From NCBI GenBank assembly GCA_951406725.2, contig OX597830.1:27528001-27592000 (forward strand): DNA of 64,000 bases. Direction: 5' to 3'. Positions 27,840 to 42,385 of this stretch are shown in pieces. Source of the DNA: Octopus vulgaris (lineage: Eukaryota). The stretch's first letter is position 1; every line of letters begins with the position of its first letter. Made by a program: the position numbers and the translations under genes. The notes under the pieces were generated by a model. It made no database searches. It was given only the letters and a program-made list of their open reading frames with translations, and had not been told where the DNA came from.

Positions 27840-28440
27840 TTGGGTCATCCCGTAAATGATGCGGTTTTTTACACTTTTATTTTTCGAAATTAAGATGAAC
27901 AAAGTGCTTTTTCAATCTAAAATATACTCTCCTTCATTTTCTTCGTGACGAAAAATACCCCTCGAGTACTTTTCTGACCTCGTCTACAGAATTCATATTA
28001 CTTCCGTCCAAATGATTTTGAAGACTGCGGAATAAATGATAATCAGATGGGGGCAATGACCGGCGAATATGGTGGGTGAGGCGTTGTTTTCCATTCAAAC
28101 TGCTCCAGCCTCTGAAATGTCATCCTTGTTGTATGTGGCCGAGCACTGTCTTGATGGAAGAACACCTCTCGTCTCGAAACCAAAGATGGTCGTTTTCCTT
28201 TTAGCGCTGACTTAAGACGCTCAAGCTGCTCCAGTAGATCTTTGTTTGGATTTAAAAGTTCAAAGTGGACTAAGCCTTTCATAACCCACCAGACAGGTAA
28301 CAGCACCTTCCGTGTATGAAGATCTTTAGGCTGGCATACCGGTATTTTCCTTCCCTACCCACTGTCTTCGGCGCTTTTTATAGAGCATCCATTTCTCGTC
28401 ACCAATCACTAATTCGGTCCAAAAATGTTCATTCCTGGGA
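27840..28440 (-). mobile_element. mariner transposon relic (one TIR plus catalytic domain)
   Basis: TA + TTGGGTCATCCCGTAAATGATGCGG TIR-like end; motifs IGDEKW, VWW, HQDSARPH, HPPYSP.IAP in ORF 28043-28306 and adjacent frames. Confidence 0.9.
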
Positions 28441-28627
28441 CATGACATTACCAGGATTAAATTCTTCAGTATGTCCTTCTTTTGTTTAAGGTAGCACGGT
28501 ATAATTTGAGGGAGATTTAGTTACTATTTCTCTCACTTGACTGATGTTCGCTCGTTGGTGTTTATAGTTAAGAGTCCGTGCTTACCATGACAGTATTCGC
28601 TGGATTGCTAGAGTGTGGTATGTTGCT

Positions 28628-28763
28628 GTTATCGTTACAATGTCAGAGGAGGAAAAGCAAAATCTGAACAAAATAGAAAAATCCAAGTGAGAGAGTGAGA
28701 GAAAGAAAAAGAGAGACAGAGAGAGGGTAGAATAGAGAGAAATTATAAAAGATAGAGAGAGAC
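28628..28763. repeat. right arm of the inverted repeat (partner 27451-27577)
   Basis: Reverse-complement homology seen directly. Confidence 0.85.
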
Positions 28764-28766
28764 AGT

Positions 28767-29070
28767 GGAGGCGCAATGGCCCAGTAATCAGGGCAGAGGA
28801 CTCGCGGTCGGAGGGTCGCGGTTTCGATTCCCAGACCGGGCGTTATATGTGTTTATTAAGCGAAAACATCTAAAAGCTCCACGAGGCTCCGGTAGGGGGT
28901 AGTGGCGACCCCTGTTGTACTCTTCCGCCACAACTTTCTCTCACTCTCTCTTCCTGTTTCTTGAGTAACGCTGCGATGGACTGGCGTCCCGTCCAGCTGG
29001 GGGGAACGCATACGCCACAGAAACTGGGAAACCGGGCCCATGAGCCTGACTAGGCTTGAAAGGGGCGAAA
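28767..29070 (+). mobile_element. tRNA-derived SINE, tail type B
   Basis: Same ~190-nt head as 878/23223, then CTGCGATGGACTGGCGTCCCGTCCAG...GGGCCCATGAGCC tail. Confidence 0.9.
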
Positions 29071-29071
29071 G

Positions 29072-29154
<83 letters not shown>

Positions 29155-29169
29155 ACACACACACATAGA

Positions 29170-29355
29170 GAGAATCGTTAGCAAGCCGGGCACTGAACGA
29201 TATTTTGCCCATCACTTCGTTCTGAGTTCAAAGGTCGACTTTGCCTTTTACCCTTTCGGGGTCAATAAATTAAGTAATAGTGAAACACTGGAGTCGATGT
29301 AATCGATTTATCCCCTTCCCCAAAATGACTGCCCTAGTGGCAAAATTTGAAACCA
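29170..29355 (+). mobile_element. degenerate Meta-domain-like SINE
   Basis: CTGAGTTCAAAGGTCGACTTTGCCTTT...TTCGGGGTCAATAAATTAAGTA. Confidence 0.75.
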
Positions 29356-30779
29356 TTATTGTTGCTTTGTTGATAATGATGATGGTGGAGGTGGTGGTAG
29401 AGGTAGTGACGTAGCTGTTGCTGATTAGCTCTAAGGTGGTCCTGATCGAGTAGAACTATGATCATACATTCTATCCACGACCATCCCCCTTTATCTTTTT
29501 TTTAGTTGTATTTAAGACTACATAATATGAGGTGCCCTTTCTTAGTTAACAGAATAGGAAGTGGTTTTGGAGAAGATGTGGTTGCTACACCTAGCAAGTC
29601 GAGGGACTATGCTGAAGCTTTCACGCTGGATCTTATCGTTATTGCTGATTAGTTCCATGTCTGCCTTGATCCAGCTGACCTATGGCCAAAGACATTTCAG
29701 TTGTGGTCATTCAGACTTTCTATACAAGACATTATCTGATGAGTCTTGTTTTAAGATGTTTTAATTCAAGAGATAGGTGGCTGCCATTTCTAGCATTTTA
29801 AGTGATGATGCAGAGTCCTCCTTATTACCTTGGGATGGCGACGTCGTTGGCGTTGGTAGTGAACTCTTGTAGAAGTAGTAATTGTGCTTGTTGAACTTGA
29901 TATTGGTGATAATGTTGTTGCTATGTTCGTTGTTGCTATTGGCCATGGTGCTATTGTTACTGCTAGTAGCGTTTATAGTGATAATGGCAGCAGCGGAGGC
30001 GGTGGTGTAGGCGATGGTTGGTGGCGATTGTTAGTGGTGATGGCTTTGGGGGAAAATTAAAAGGAATATTGCATGTAGTTGTGTTTATTGTAGCGACCGC
30101 CGTACTAGTGGTAATAGGTATGTGTGGCGGTGATAATGGCAGCGATGTGACGTAGGAGATAAATGGCGACGATAGGTTGTGGGGCATAAATGGTAGCAAA
30201 ATTTTAACACTAAAAGTGATAATGTTTATAATGTCGGCGTTGGCGGTGAAGGTGGCTTCGTTGGCGCCGACGGTGATGGAGTTTGTGATGATAATAATAA
30301 TAATAATAAGAGTCGTGGTGATAATAATAATAATAATAAGAGTTTGTGATAATAATAATAATAATAAGAAGAAGAATCCCACAAATGATGATTATGGTTG
30401 CGATGTTGGGCTGATGTTTTTATAAGAGGCAAAAATGTTAAATAATATATATGTACAAAACAAATACCTCCCTCACCACAAAGCAAAACAAAATAACAAA
30501 CCAAAACTAAAAGAAATAGTGGAGATAACAAAACACTAAGAAAAAAGGAAAAGAATCAGAAACTATCTGTTTGGACTTATTGTTTCTCATCATTTTGGTG
30601 AGAAGTTAATTTCCCTAACGTTGCCTTCATTATCGCTCATTGTCCTTCATGCCAAAGCAGGCTTCGTTTGCAAGTTTAATGGAAACAGTTAACACCGATT
30701 CTTTCATTACTATCTAATCAAGTAAAAGCAACAAAATCGTGAATACCAAAAGAAAAAAAAACCCCAAAAAACCCCAACT

Positions 30780-31140
30780 GTCACCGCCACCACCGCAGCC
30801 ACCACGACCACGACCAAAATTACCGCTACTACCACCACCACCACCACCACCACCATCATTGCCACCACCACCACCACCACCTCCACTACTGTTACCATCG
30901 CCACTACCACCATCACCATCACCATCACAACCACCACCACCACCACCACCACCACCACCACCACCGCAATTACCACCATGATCCCTTCCACGACAACCAC
31001 CACCAACACCTCTAGCACCACCACCACTACCATTAGCACCGTGATCACTACTATGACCAACACCACCACCACCACCACAACCACCACAACCGTCACAACC
31101 ACTACTGCTTTCACAACCACCACCATCACTTCCACAACCG
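30780..31140. repeat. (ACC)n-rich degenerate trinucleotide repeat
   Basis: Visible directly; gives poly-T/P/G/V pseudo-ORFs. Confidence 0.9.
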
Positions 31141-31471
31141 GCACCATCCACAGCGATGGCGAAAAATAGAAAGATATCAACATAGACCTATGCAGTATGG
31201 TCTCACTTATTAAATGCAGAGGATTAACTTCGATTAAATGAGATTATCTGCCTAATTTGTAGATAACAGCTCCCCCTAGAAGTGTTTAAACTATGTAAAA
31301 TCGATAAGTAAGGGAGATAACTCCAGAATAATCATGCAGTCGAAACTTTTGAGAAAATATAGACTGTGCAGATAGGAAAGTATCTTAAAAGAGGCGAGTG
31401 AAAATAACAAACTTGTTTCGGTATATAAAGCCTCATCAGAGAAGCATTCTTTCTGTTTAGTTGGCAAAGCT

Positions 31472-31502
<31 letters not shown>

Positions 31503-31503
<1 letters not shown>

Positions 31504-31700
31504 CGGAGAGTTTACGAAAAAAAAAACAAAAGACGAAGACAGGTGGTGTACAAAACAAACAGCTGTATTAGTATAACGCTCAGGAATAGAAAAAGTCTTT
31601 TACGTTTCGAGCCTACGCTCTTCTACAGAAAGGGACATAGAAAAAACAAGGTGAGAAACAAGGAGAGAAAAAAAAGGAGAGAGAAAAAGGAGAGAACAAA
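31503..31700 (-). mobile_element. short non-coding Penelope-pLTR-like element with a minimal hammerhead
   Basis: Homologous to 56520-56635 and 52835-53022; hammerhead-like motif at 31597-31632. Confidence 0.65.
31597..31632 (-). ncRNA. minimal hammerhead motif (core mutated, CUGUAGA)
   Basis: Minus strand: CTTT CTGTAGA A GAGC GTAG GCTC GAAAC GTA AAAG. Confidence 0.6.
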
Positions 31701-31799
31701 ATATATATGAATGAAACGATTCAAAGAATACGGAGACTAGTACATCATCAAATTTTAAAAAAATTTTACAGTTGGCCATACAACATAATTAGTTGGCTA

Positions 31800-33290
31800 A
31801 AATGACTGACACCTATTTCTGATGCACAGAGTATGTGCAGTTTTGTCTGCATCCCAGTATAATCTGCTGTGCACCTTCATTCAAGACCTTTCAACAAGCT
31901 TGGTTCGAAGCTAACTGAGTTAATTTATTTGTGGTTAGTTTATTTCCTTATTCTACCCTGTATATAGTTATAAAGTTTATTTTTAGGCTGACCTCAAGTT
32001 AACACCAGTGCCAAGGCAAAAATCGGGAGTTTTATATATATCAAACTAGGTCAAAGTATATTTGAGAGTTCCAATAGGCTTTTTCTTTGAGTTAAAGGAG
32101 ATTGAATAGAATTAATATTAAACTTTGTTACATCGATAGATTTCTATCAATATATTTTATGATGTCCATAAAAAGGGTGCACTTTAAAGCTGAGTTTTGG
32201 GCTATATGGAAGTTTCTGTTTCTAAAAGTCAGGCTAGATAATGTCCTGATGTATACCTCCATCATTCGACACCTGCCCTTTGTGTATAGCATATCATCCT
32301 ACTTGATACTTGTATTACAATGCCTGAAGGTTTTCTCATGCATGAGTAAATACTCCAAGGCCTGTTCTAGTTTACTCTTAATCGATTGGTGTTTTGATGT
32401 AAAAATCAGGTACATTTATTCGATGCACGAATCACATCTCTTTCCCCCCTGTACTACAAGGTACAGCTGTTCTAACGTTTCTCATTCTATCCTAAAGTTA
32501 GCGTTTTTATCCTTAAGAGACTAGATGAACTTGTTCAAGCTAGTGTTGCACATCTCTATCCTTAAAGGAATTAACATGATTTACCAGTCTTGATTTAAAA
32601 CTTATCGATGTTTCACGTATATAGAAGAAGGAATTCCCCTCCGATGTAATACTACATCGATACATTAAATTCTTCAAAGTAACAGATTATATTTTTACCC
32701 CAATTTTAAATTTCTTTTTTTCTCATCATTACCTATGTTAGTGGTGCTCGTATTAGATATCCCACCCTGTTTGTATATCTACTGGTCTGCTATCATTTAT
32801 ATCCTGGTTACTGTTTAGGGTTTTCATGCTGCTGTTTCTAGCAATTCCTTTGCCTGTTTTTTTTTTCGGATTAGAAATTGTGGAAGTTACGTCCCTTTTG
32901 CTGCTTCTCGCTGTTCGGGTGCTATCTTCCCGACGACTGTAATTAATCATAGTGTTTGTAGTCGACCCCAGTTACTCACTAAATTTACTGGCCCTATATT
33001 CTTGGTTTCTACCATTAGTACTCCTATCATTAAAGTCATTTCTTCTATCTACCCTATTGTTATCACCGGCTCTCCGGAAAACCGGTGACTGCATAGTCAT
33101 TGCAAAGAGAGGTGAAAAGTTTGTTTCCATTTTTTACCTGCTCCTCAGGCTTAAAAAAGACGTTTGAGCATTTCGTTTTGTTTTCACTTTGCCAATTTTT
33201 GAACATATTTCTTCGTATGAGGAGGGAGGGAAAATACCCGACTCGGTGATGGGAGCTTCGCTGTAAAATTAGAATGTGAATGCTCCCCTC
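31800..33290 (-). mobile_element. Penelope-like element relic (linker, GIY-YIG endonuclease, decayed hammerhead)
   Basis: Frameshifted ETSISFKSRLVNHVNSFKDR...TSLNKFI*SLKDKNANFRIE*E...GGKRCDSCIE at about 32420-32620; hammerhead relic at 31804-31888 (GGTGCACAG/CTGTGCATC stem, GAAATAGGTGTC). Confidence 0.75.
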
Positions 33291-33497
33291 AGGAAATTAA
33301 TAAATAGATAATTGTAATGAAAATATTAGCACAAGTCTAACAATGCAGACCAAATAATCAGAGAAACAGGGATAATAAAATTTGCGTTGGCATGGTGATA
33401 ATATAAGCTTAAATAATTGTAGCAGAATGATAAATGACAATATCAACAACATTAGCAAGATGAACAACAACAGTAGCAGCAGCAGCAACTGCAAAAT

Positions 33498-33615
<118 letters not shown>

Positions 33616-34029
33616 CTTGCCGGGTGTATTGTTTATGACTTCAGAAGCCGTTCTTGTCCAGAACATTAATTGTTCAAAAATCTTTCTGGGTATGAACATC
33701 ATCTACTTGAAGAAAGTAAAGTAGTAGCCCTGCGTTACAAATGCACGTGTCTCTTTGCCTGAGGGATTTGTCTGAGAATGGTGAAAAAAGCATACAGATA
33801 TATCCTCTGACAAATCTCTTCAAATCACTTTACTGTCTTTAAGAAACGACAAGATGGACACCGCCGGGACACTTTTGCTTATAGATTTACTCAATTAGGG
33901 TAGACCTGGGGTTAAACAACAACGACAGCAACATATTTAAAACAGCTAGCTCTCATTGACCAACACACAATTTTCCTCTCTGTCTCAAGGCCAACCTTTA
34001 TCTTTACCATGTAAACAGCTCCGCAGATA

Positions 34030-34080
34030 TTCTTCCTCTTTCTTTCTTTCTTTTCTTTCTTTCTTTCTTTCTTTCTTTCC

Positions 34081-34161
<81 letters not shown>

Positions 34162-34181
34162 TTCCTTTCTTTCTTTCTTTT

Positions 34182-34268
<87 letters not shown>

Positions 34269-34392
34269 CTCTCTCTCTCTCTCTCTCACTCTCTATCTGT
34301 CTGTCTGTCTGTCTGCCTGCCTGTCTGTCTGTCTCTGTCTGTCTCTGTCTCTCTCTCTCTCTGTCTCTCTGTCTCTCTCTCTCTCTCTCTCT
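34030..34392. repeat. (TTTC)n, (CT)n, (CTGT)n microsatellite
   Basis: Visible directly. Confidence 0.95.
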
Positions 34393-34669
34393 TTTAATCT
34401 AGTTTTTCATCATCCCCATTCTCACTATGCCCCTCTTCATCGAGATGGTCTAATTTTTCATTAGTTCACTCTGAACCCTACCAAACAACAAACAATGTGT
34501 CACAACCACCAATCTTCTAACACCGACAAACCCACATATTGGAGGTCACCTGCTTTTTCCTGTAATGACTTTTCAAATGACTGTACAAATTGCATTAGAA
34601 AATACAATATGCAGTGTCAATTAGTTCTCCTTTCTCGATATTATTGTTGTTTTTCCATCTGCTGTTTTT

Positions 34670-35300
<631 letters not shown>

Positions 35301-35689
35301 ATTTCAGTATTTTAAACTTCTTTCTTTTGTTTCTTTCCTTTATTTAACTCTTTTCTTTTCACTGTTTTCTTTTCTGTATTTTTTCTTTTTTCTTTTCATT
35401 TTATTCTGTTATTTGTGTTTTGTTTCGACGGTTTCGCATCAAATTAATCCGTTAAGTTAATTTCATAATACAAAAAAAACCCCACAAAGTATAATGCAAT
35501 ACACGTGCAGTTGAATACACAGACACATATCTTTGTGTGCGTATTTGTGTGCATACATAATTCTTGCGGTATATATATATATTTCTCTTATTACTCCTAC
35601 TTGTTTCAGCCAAAGGCTGTGGCCATGCTGGAGCACCGCTTGTTAGTGGATTTAGGTCTCCTTTCTGCACTGTGAAGAAGCAAGTTAGA

Positions 35690-35833
35690 AAGTACCGCTC
35701 TCCCTCGTGTCCCCTGCTGCGATGTGGGCTCATCCAATAGAATGACGGATGAAAATTTGTCCAGACGCTTTTTTGAAGGTCTCCACATCTACACCTCTCA
35801 AATCTCTGAGGTTGTTTAGCAGGATGTTAAACA
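35690..35833 (-). mobile_element. CR1/Zenon-like LINE ORF2 C-terminal fragment
   Basis: LFNILLNNLRDLRGVDVETFKK.RLDKF...DEP, matching the LFN.LP..R....V..FK..LD..L...DEP C-terminal motif. Confidence 0.6.
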
Positions 35834-36235
35834 GGCGCAGGAGTGGCTGTGTGGTAAGTAGCTTGCTTACCAACCACATGGTTCCGGGTTCAATCACACT
35901 GCGTGGCACATTGGGCAAGTGTCTTCTACTATAGCCAAAGGCCGACCAAAGCCTTGTGAGTGGATTTGGCAGACGGAAATTGAAAAAAGCCCGTCGTATA
36001 TATGTGCATGTATATGTATGTGTGTGTGTGTGTTTGTGCGTCTGTGTTTACCCCCCTCCCCAACATCGCTTGAAAACCGATGCTGGTATGTTTACGTCCC
36101 CGTAACTTAGCAGTTCGGCAAAAGAGACCGACAGAATAAGTACTAGGCTTATAAAGAATAAGTCCTGGGGCCGATTTGCTCGACTAAAGGCGGTGCTCCA
36201 GCATGGCCGCAGTCAAATGACTGAAACAGGAAAAC
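35834..36235 (+). mobile_element. CORE-like tRNA-derived SINE with internal (TG)n
   Basis: TGGCTGTGTGG A-box, GGTTCAATC B-box, CORE-like GGCACATTGGGCAAGTGTCTT; tail GTGCTCCAGCATGGCCGCAGTCAAATGACTGAAACA also at about 35600 (-), 48910 (-) and 59700 (+). Confidence 0.85.
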
Positions 36236-36294
36236 AGTAGTTGTTTATACAAACACACACACGTGTGCGCGCACGTACACGCACACAACACACA

Positions 36295-36350
<56 letters not shown>

Positions 36351-36354
36351 CATC

Positions 36355-36650
36355 GTGGCACACAGTCGGTTACGACGACGAGGGTCCCAGTTGTTCCGAT
36401 CAACGGAACAGCCTGCTCGTGAAATTAACGTACAAATGGCTGAGCACTCCACAGATACGTGTACCTTTAAGGTAGTTCTCGGGTTGATTCAACGTAACAC
36501 AGTGTGACAAGGCTAGCCCTTTGAAATACAGGTAAAACAGAAACAGGAAGAACGAGTGAAAGAAAGTTGTAGTGAAAGCGTACAGCAGGGTTGGCCACTA
36601 CCGCCAGCTGGAGCCTCGTAGAGCTTTAGGTGTTTTCACTCAGTAAGCAT
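36355..36650 (-). mobile_element. 5'-truncated tail-type-A SINE
   Basis: Reverse complement of about 965-1255. Confidence 0.85.
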
Positions 36651-36930
36651 ATTTATATATACATAATTATTATTATTTAAGGGAATAAAATCCAAACTTA
36701 CAAGGAAAAAGAATTCAATTTAGAAATACTAAATCAAATTATACACAATATAATATATATATATATATATAAAATATTAGAAAAAAACACCTTTTATCAA
36801 TTCAAAATGAATTATTAAATTACACCATCTAGGAAATTACATATGATAGAAAAGTTAAAATTAAAATAACAATAGAATGTAAAGATTAAATTGCAAAAAT
36901 AATGATAAAAATGTATATTATAGGTAGAAA

Positions 36931-37037
36931 AACGACACGTGTTTCGCTGCTATATTTAAGAAATGATTATAGTAGTAGAGAAATCACTATTATAGTAGTA
37001 GAGAAATCACCATATAAATATAGTCGCTCATCAGGTT
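36931..37037 (-). ncRNA. type I hammerhead ribozyme motif with canonical core and extended stem II
   Basis: Minus strand: AAC CTGATGA GC GA CTATATTTA ... TAAATATAG CA GC GAAA CACGTG TC GTT; palindromic stem III ACACGTGT; GUC site. Confidence 0.8.
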
Positions 37038-38479
37038 AAAAATAAAATAGAACAATGAAATAATTAATTAACAAATATACTTTAATATATATATACATAT
37101 ATATGTATATGAAAATCCTAAATATACATAAATGAAAAATAATATAATACTTCAATAATTAAATACTTTAAAATTAGATAAAATACACAAAGCTATTACA
37201 AGTCATTAAATTGTAATCAAAATAAGAAATGTTTCAAATATAGACAAACTCCTTAAATAAGCTAACTTTTTTATCGTGTGATATATTAGATATTATAAAT
37301 GGATATTAATATAACGAGTTTATATAATGGATTTGAGTGTATTTGTACTATTTCAAATTTTTTGATTGTATTTTTCATGAATGGAGCCAAATGCACACAT
37401 AAACAGCTCTGAGAAACCCATTCAATTGGTTGGTATGAATCTGTCGCCAATACGTTTGTAGGTCTCGCTAATAGGTGAGCTCTCTTCTCCCGTTGACGTT
37501 TATGCTGCAACCGGTTCTTTGCCACTTCCACCCAGAGATATGAGATATTTTGGCACAGCAGTTTTGACGTCGTCTATTTGACATTGTTGATTCGATGATG
37601 ACTTATTTGACATCAGAGGTTTTAATGCTGCACACCTTTTAATATTTCTCTCGTCCTCTCCCTCCTTATATATCTTGCTCTCCTTCTTCTGTTTGCAGGT
37701 TTGTGTATATGTCGCTGTATGTATTTGAGGAGAGGGAAAGAGTTTATGGCAACCATGTTAAGTTAATAGATTATATTGTCTCACTCTCTTCCTCATTATG
37801 TGTATATGTGTATATTTCTGCGCACACGCATATTTGTTTCCTTCGGCATCAAAAGGGACTGTCGCCAAAACAGGCTCAGTATCCAGTCAGAATTGCAAAA
37901 TCGACAGCGCCAAACAGCAGCTACCAAACTTCTCATTCTATCCATTCAGGACTTTCTGACTTACTCTCTTCCGCTCTCTAATGAATACACTCCGAGGTCC
38001 TGTATGAACGAAAGCATCCATTTTTAAATTTCATTTCCCCTATAGCCTTCGTATAGCAAATTTTTAACAGAATCGTTAAAATATTAACTGTGTGGAGTTT
38101 CCATCTACAATAGTTTACGGGTCATCAACTTCTAGTTTCCATGGATTCGAAATTCTTTTTAATAAAGAATGAACAAAAATATTAAAAAAATCAATGAAAT
38201 CTTATAACATACAGAATACAATACCAGATTGTCCCAGTACTCCATGAACAAGCCGGGATAACAAAAATTTAAAATATATACAGTTGTACTAGGAGGAACA
38301 CAACAGAGTATTCCAAATAACATGTACAACCATATGAGACACAAAATAGGGTTTCCTGTGCTACATACATGATCATCGTTCAGAATTCAGAACGCGTGTA
38401 ATCATATATGGCTAATGTAGATCAGCACGGATACGTCAGGTGAAAGGATTTACAATCAAAATGTTATGCGTAAATATAT

Positions 38480-38866
38480 AGTATTGTATGTATATACGTG
38501 TATATGTGTGTGTGTGTATACATGACACACGTGTACATATTTTTGCACATATTTGTGTGTCTATATATACAAATATATGTATATATACACAAATATACAT
38601 ATATGTGCATGCATATATACATATATCTACTCGCACACACACATACACAGAGGCATATATGCATGTATATATGTATATATATATATATGTCCGTGTTTAG
38701 TGTGTAAGCATGCTGGTCATCTACACAGATAGAGAGATAGGCTTCCTAAGTCCTATACTTAATATGCAATTATGAAGAAAGTATAGAAAGCAGAGAAAAA
38801 GATTAAAAAATGTAGATACCAAGATAGATAAATGGCAGTCAATACATACATACATGCATACATACA

Positions 38867-38900
<34 letters not shown>

Positions 38901-39237
38901 CATACATGCACAAATACTCATAATCTACTACATGTATACTTTATGTTTCTATATACGGATGTACATATATATATATATACATATGTGTTTGAACATATGT
39001 ATATGTATGTATATATTATGCATATATATACACATAGATATTTATTATTTATGTTCACGTATGCATGTACAAAAATTATATATAAAACGTATATGTATAT
39101 ATATGCGTGCATGTATATGAATGTGCATGTGTGTATGAGTGTGTGCGTGCACGTACAAAGGTTTACATGTACAATGAATTTTCTTATATCTGTGTGTATA
39201 TGTACGTGTCTGTTACAATATATATATGTGAGCGTGC

Positions 39238-39269
<32 letters not shown>

Positions 39270-39326
39270 TGTGTGTGTGTGTGTGTGTATATATGTATAT
39301 ATATAAATAAATAAATATATATATAA

Positions 39327-39417
<91 letters not shown>

Positions 39418-39845
39418 TATATATATATATATATATAGATATGCATATATTCGCAAACATTGTTCCTCTGCTGAATTAGACTCTGAATTAGATATATAGA
39501 AAAGATAACAAAAAAGCATAAAGAAACAGATAAATAACTCAACGAACAAATTCAAATATATACATAAAAAAAAACTACCAAGAATTTAGATAAAAATACG
39601 TAACACCAAAAACAAAAATGAAACATAAAAAAAGAGCAAGACAAAGCGAGTCCATCTAATACATTGTCTGAATTTAATATCAAAAGGCAAATTCAGAGAA
39701 TTGTCTGTAAGACGTATTATATATTGCCGATTCCACTTGACCATATACCGAACTTTTCAATTGTTTCCTGTCGTTTCACTCTTGTTTATGATTCGCTGTT
39801 TAAAGTAGACTTTAAACTTATTTATACCATTTAGTTGGTTTATTT

Positions 39846-39890
<45 letters not shown>

Positions 39891-39947
39891 CATCGTACAA
39901 ATACGTATATATGTATGGATGCATATACATACATATATATATATATT

Positions 39948-39978
<31 letters not shown>

Positions 39979-40183
39979 ATATATATATGTATATATATAC
40001 ATATATGTTTGTATGTACGTATATACAAATGGATACATACATGTATGCATACACACGTAAATACATGCATGCATAGATATTTATACAAACATAAGCACAT
40101 ATAGATACATATATATATATATATACGTATACATATACATACATATATATGTGTGCATATATATACATATACAAACATATATC

Positions 40184-40216
<33 letters not shown>

Positions 40217-40325
40217 GTATATATATGTATGTATGTATGTATATTTGTGCTTATATATTCTCTTCACGTTAGTTATTTTTCTTATTTTACGCGTAGTCTT
40301 GAATTCCATTTTGTATTATATTTGT

Positions 40326-40411
<86 letters not shown>

Positions 40412-40901
40412 CATATATATATACACATATAAATATACATTTATTAGGTTGTATATATCCATAGTTGTCTATAGGTTATTATCTATATCGATAATAATAT
40501 AATAAAAATATAACTCATATATAGATATTCACGTACGTACACATTTATAAATACATTAAACATTTACACACACGCTCGCGCACACAAACCTTTCATATAT
40601 AACCTCAGATATTACTTATCAAATGTACCACAAACTATGTCGGCATGACAGTGTTATGTATGTATGTATGAATATATGTATGTTCGTATGTATGTATATA
40701 TGTATATGTGTGTGTGTATGTATATAAAAGCAAATCTGTGTATGCATATAAATGCATATATGTATATACATATAACTATGTATGAATCTGTAGGTTTCCT
40801 CACACTTGTATACGTATATATGTGTGCGTGTGTGTGTCAGTATGTATGTGTCTAATCATGTATATATATATGTTTATTCACACATATACAAACTTGGCTG
40901 T

Positions 40902-40941
<40 letters not shown>

Positions 40942-40946
40942 TTATC

Positions 40947-40977
<31 letters not shown>

Positions 40978-41377
40978 TTATTTATTTTTCTATCAATCAA
41001 TCAATCTATCTCTGTATGTATCTATCTATCTATCAATCTGCTTAGCAATATATATATATATATATATTTTATATATATTATCTATATTTATATCTATATC
41101 TATATCTATATATATATATGTATACATATATATATTCATATATAAACATATGTATGCATATATGTATATATGTATACTACACACACACACACATATATAT
41201 ATATATAATATATATATATACATACGTACATACATATACACACCCATATACATACACACACACAGATACACATATCTATAACTATATCTAAGAACGTTTC
41301 TTGAATACATTTTTATGACTACACGCATGATGCGCACTGCAATCCGATATTATCATTATTATTACTATTATTATTAC

Positions 41378-41411
<34 letters not shown>

Positions 41412-41439
41412 GTTATTATTATTATTGTCGTTGTTATTA

Positions 41440-41513
<74 letters not shown>

Positions 41514-41541
41514 GTCCGTGTTGTTTTTGTTATTATTATCA

Positions 41542-41572
<31 letters not shown>

Positions 41573-41631
41573 TATCATTATTGTTGTTGCTGTTGTTGTT
41601 GTTGTTATTATTATTATTGTCGTTCTTATTA

Positions 41632-41724
<93 letters not shown>

Positions 41725-41963
41725 GTGTTATTATTATTATTATCATCATCATCATCATCACCATCATTCTGTTTTATTATGTTATTTTTTGCACTATTGT
41801 TATTTTAACCGTTGATGTTGATTTCCTATCATTCATATTTTTAACTTTCAGTCATCTTTATGTCTGTAGTCATTGCAGCATGCCATTTCGACGAGTAGAA
41901 ATCATTGGTTGCTATATATTTTTTTTTGTATACCATATTGCATTCAAACTATTTCACTGCCAA

Positions 41964-41999
<36 letters not shown>

Positions 42000-42134
42000 C
42001 CATGCACTCATACACACATACTAGCACGCACATACGCACACAAGCCGAAAAGCACAAAATAATATATATATATATCTAAAAACAAAATAATATATATATA
42101 TATACACTGCATATATTAATACATGCATAAATAT

Positions 42135-42181
<47 letters not shown>

Positions 42182-42255
42182 TATATGTATATATATATAT
42201 ATATATATACATATATATTTATATATATATATATGTATATATATGTATATATATA

Positions 42256-42351
<96 letters not shown>

Positions 42352-42385
42352 TATGTTTGTATATATATATATATATATATATATA
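38480..42385. repeat. extended (TA)n/(CATA)n/(TCTA)n/(TAT)n microsatellite-rich block
   Basis: Visible directly; all ORFs here are low-complexity. Confidence 0.9.

Noticed and set aside
31405-31445. Minus-strand CTGATGAGG...CCGAAAC hammerhead-like motif
   Set aside because: Core present but no stem I pairing; at most a decayed relic
31950-31975. TACCCTGTA resembling the miR-10 5' end
   Set aside because: The match stops after 9 nt, has no hairpin and lies within a Penelope relic
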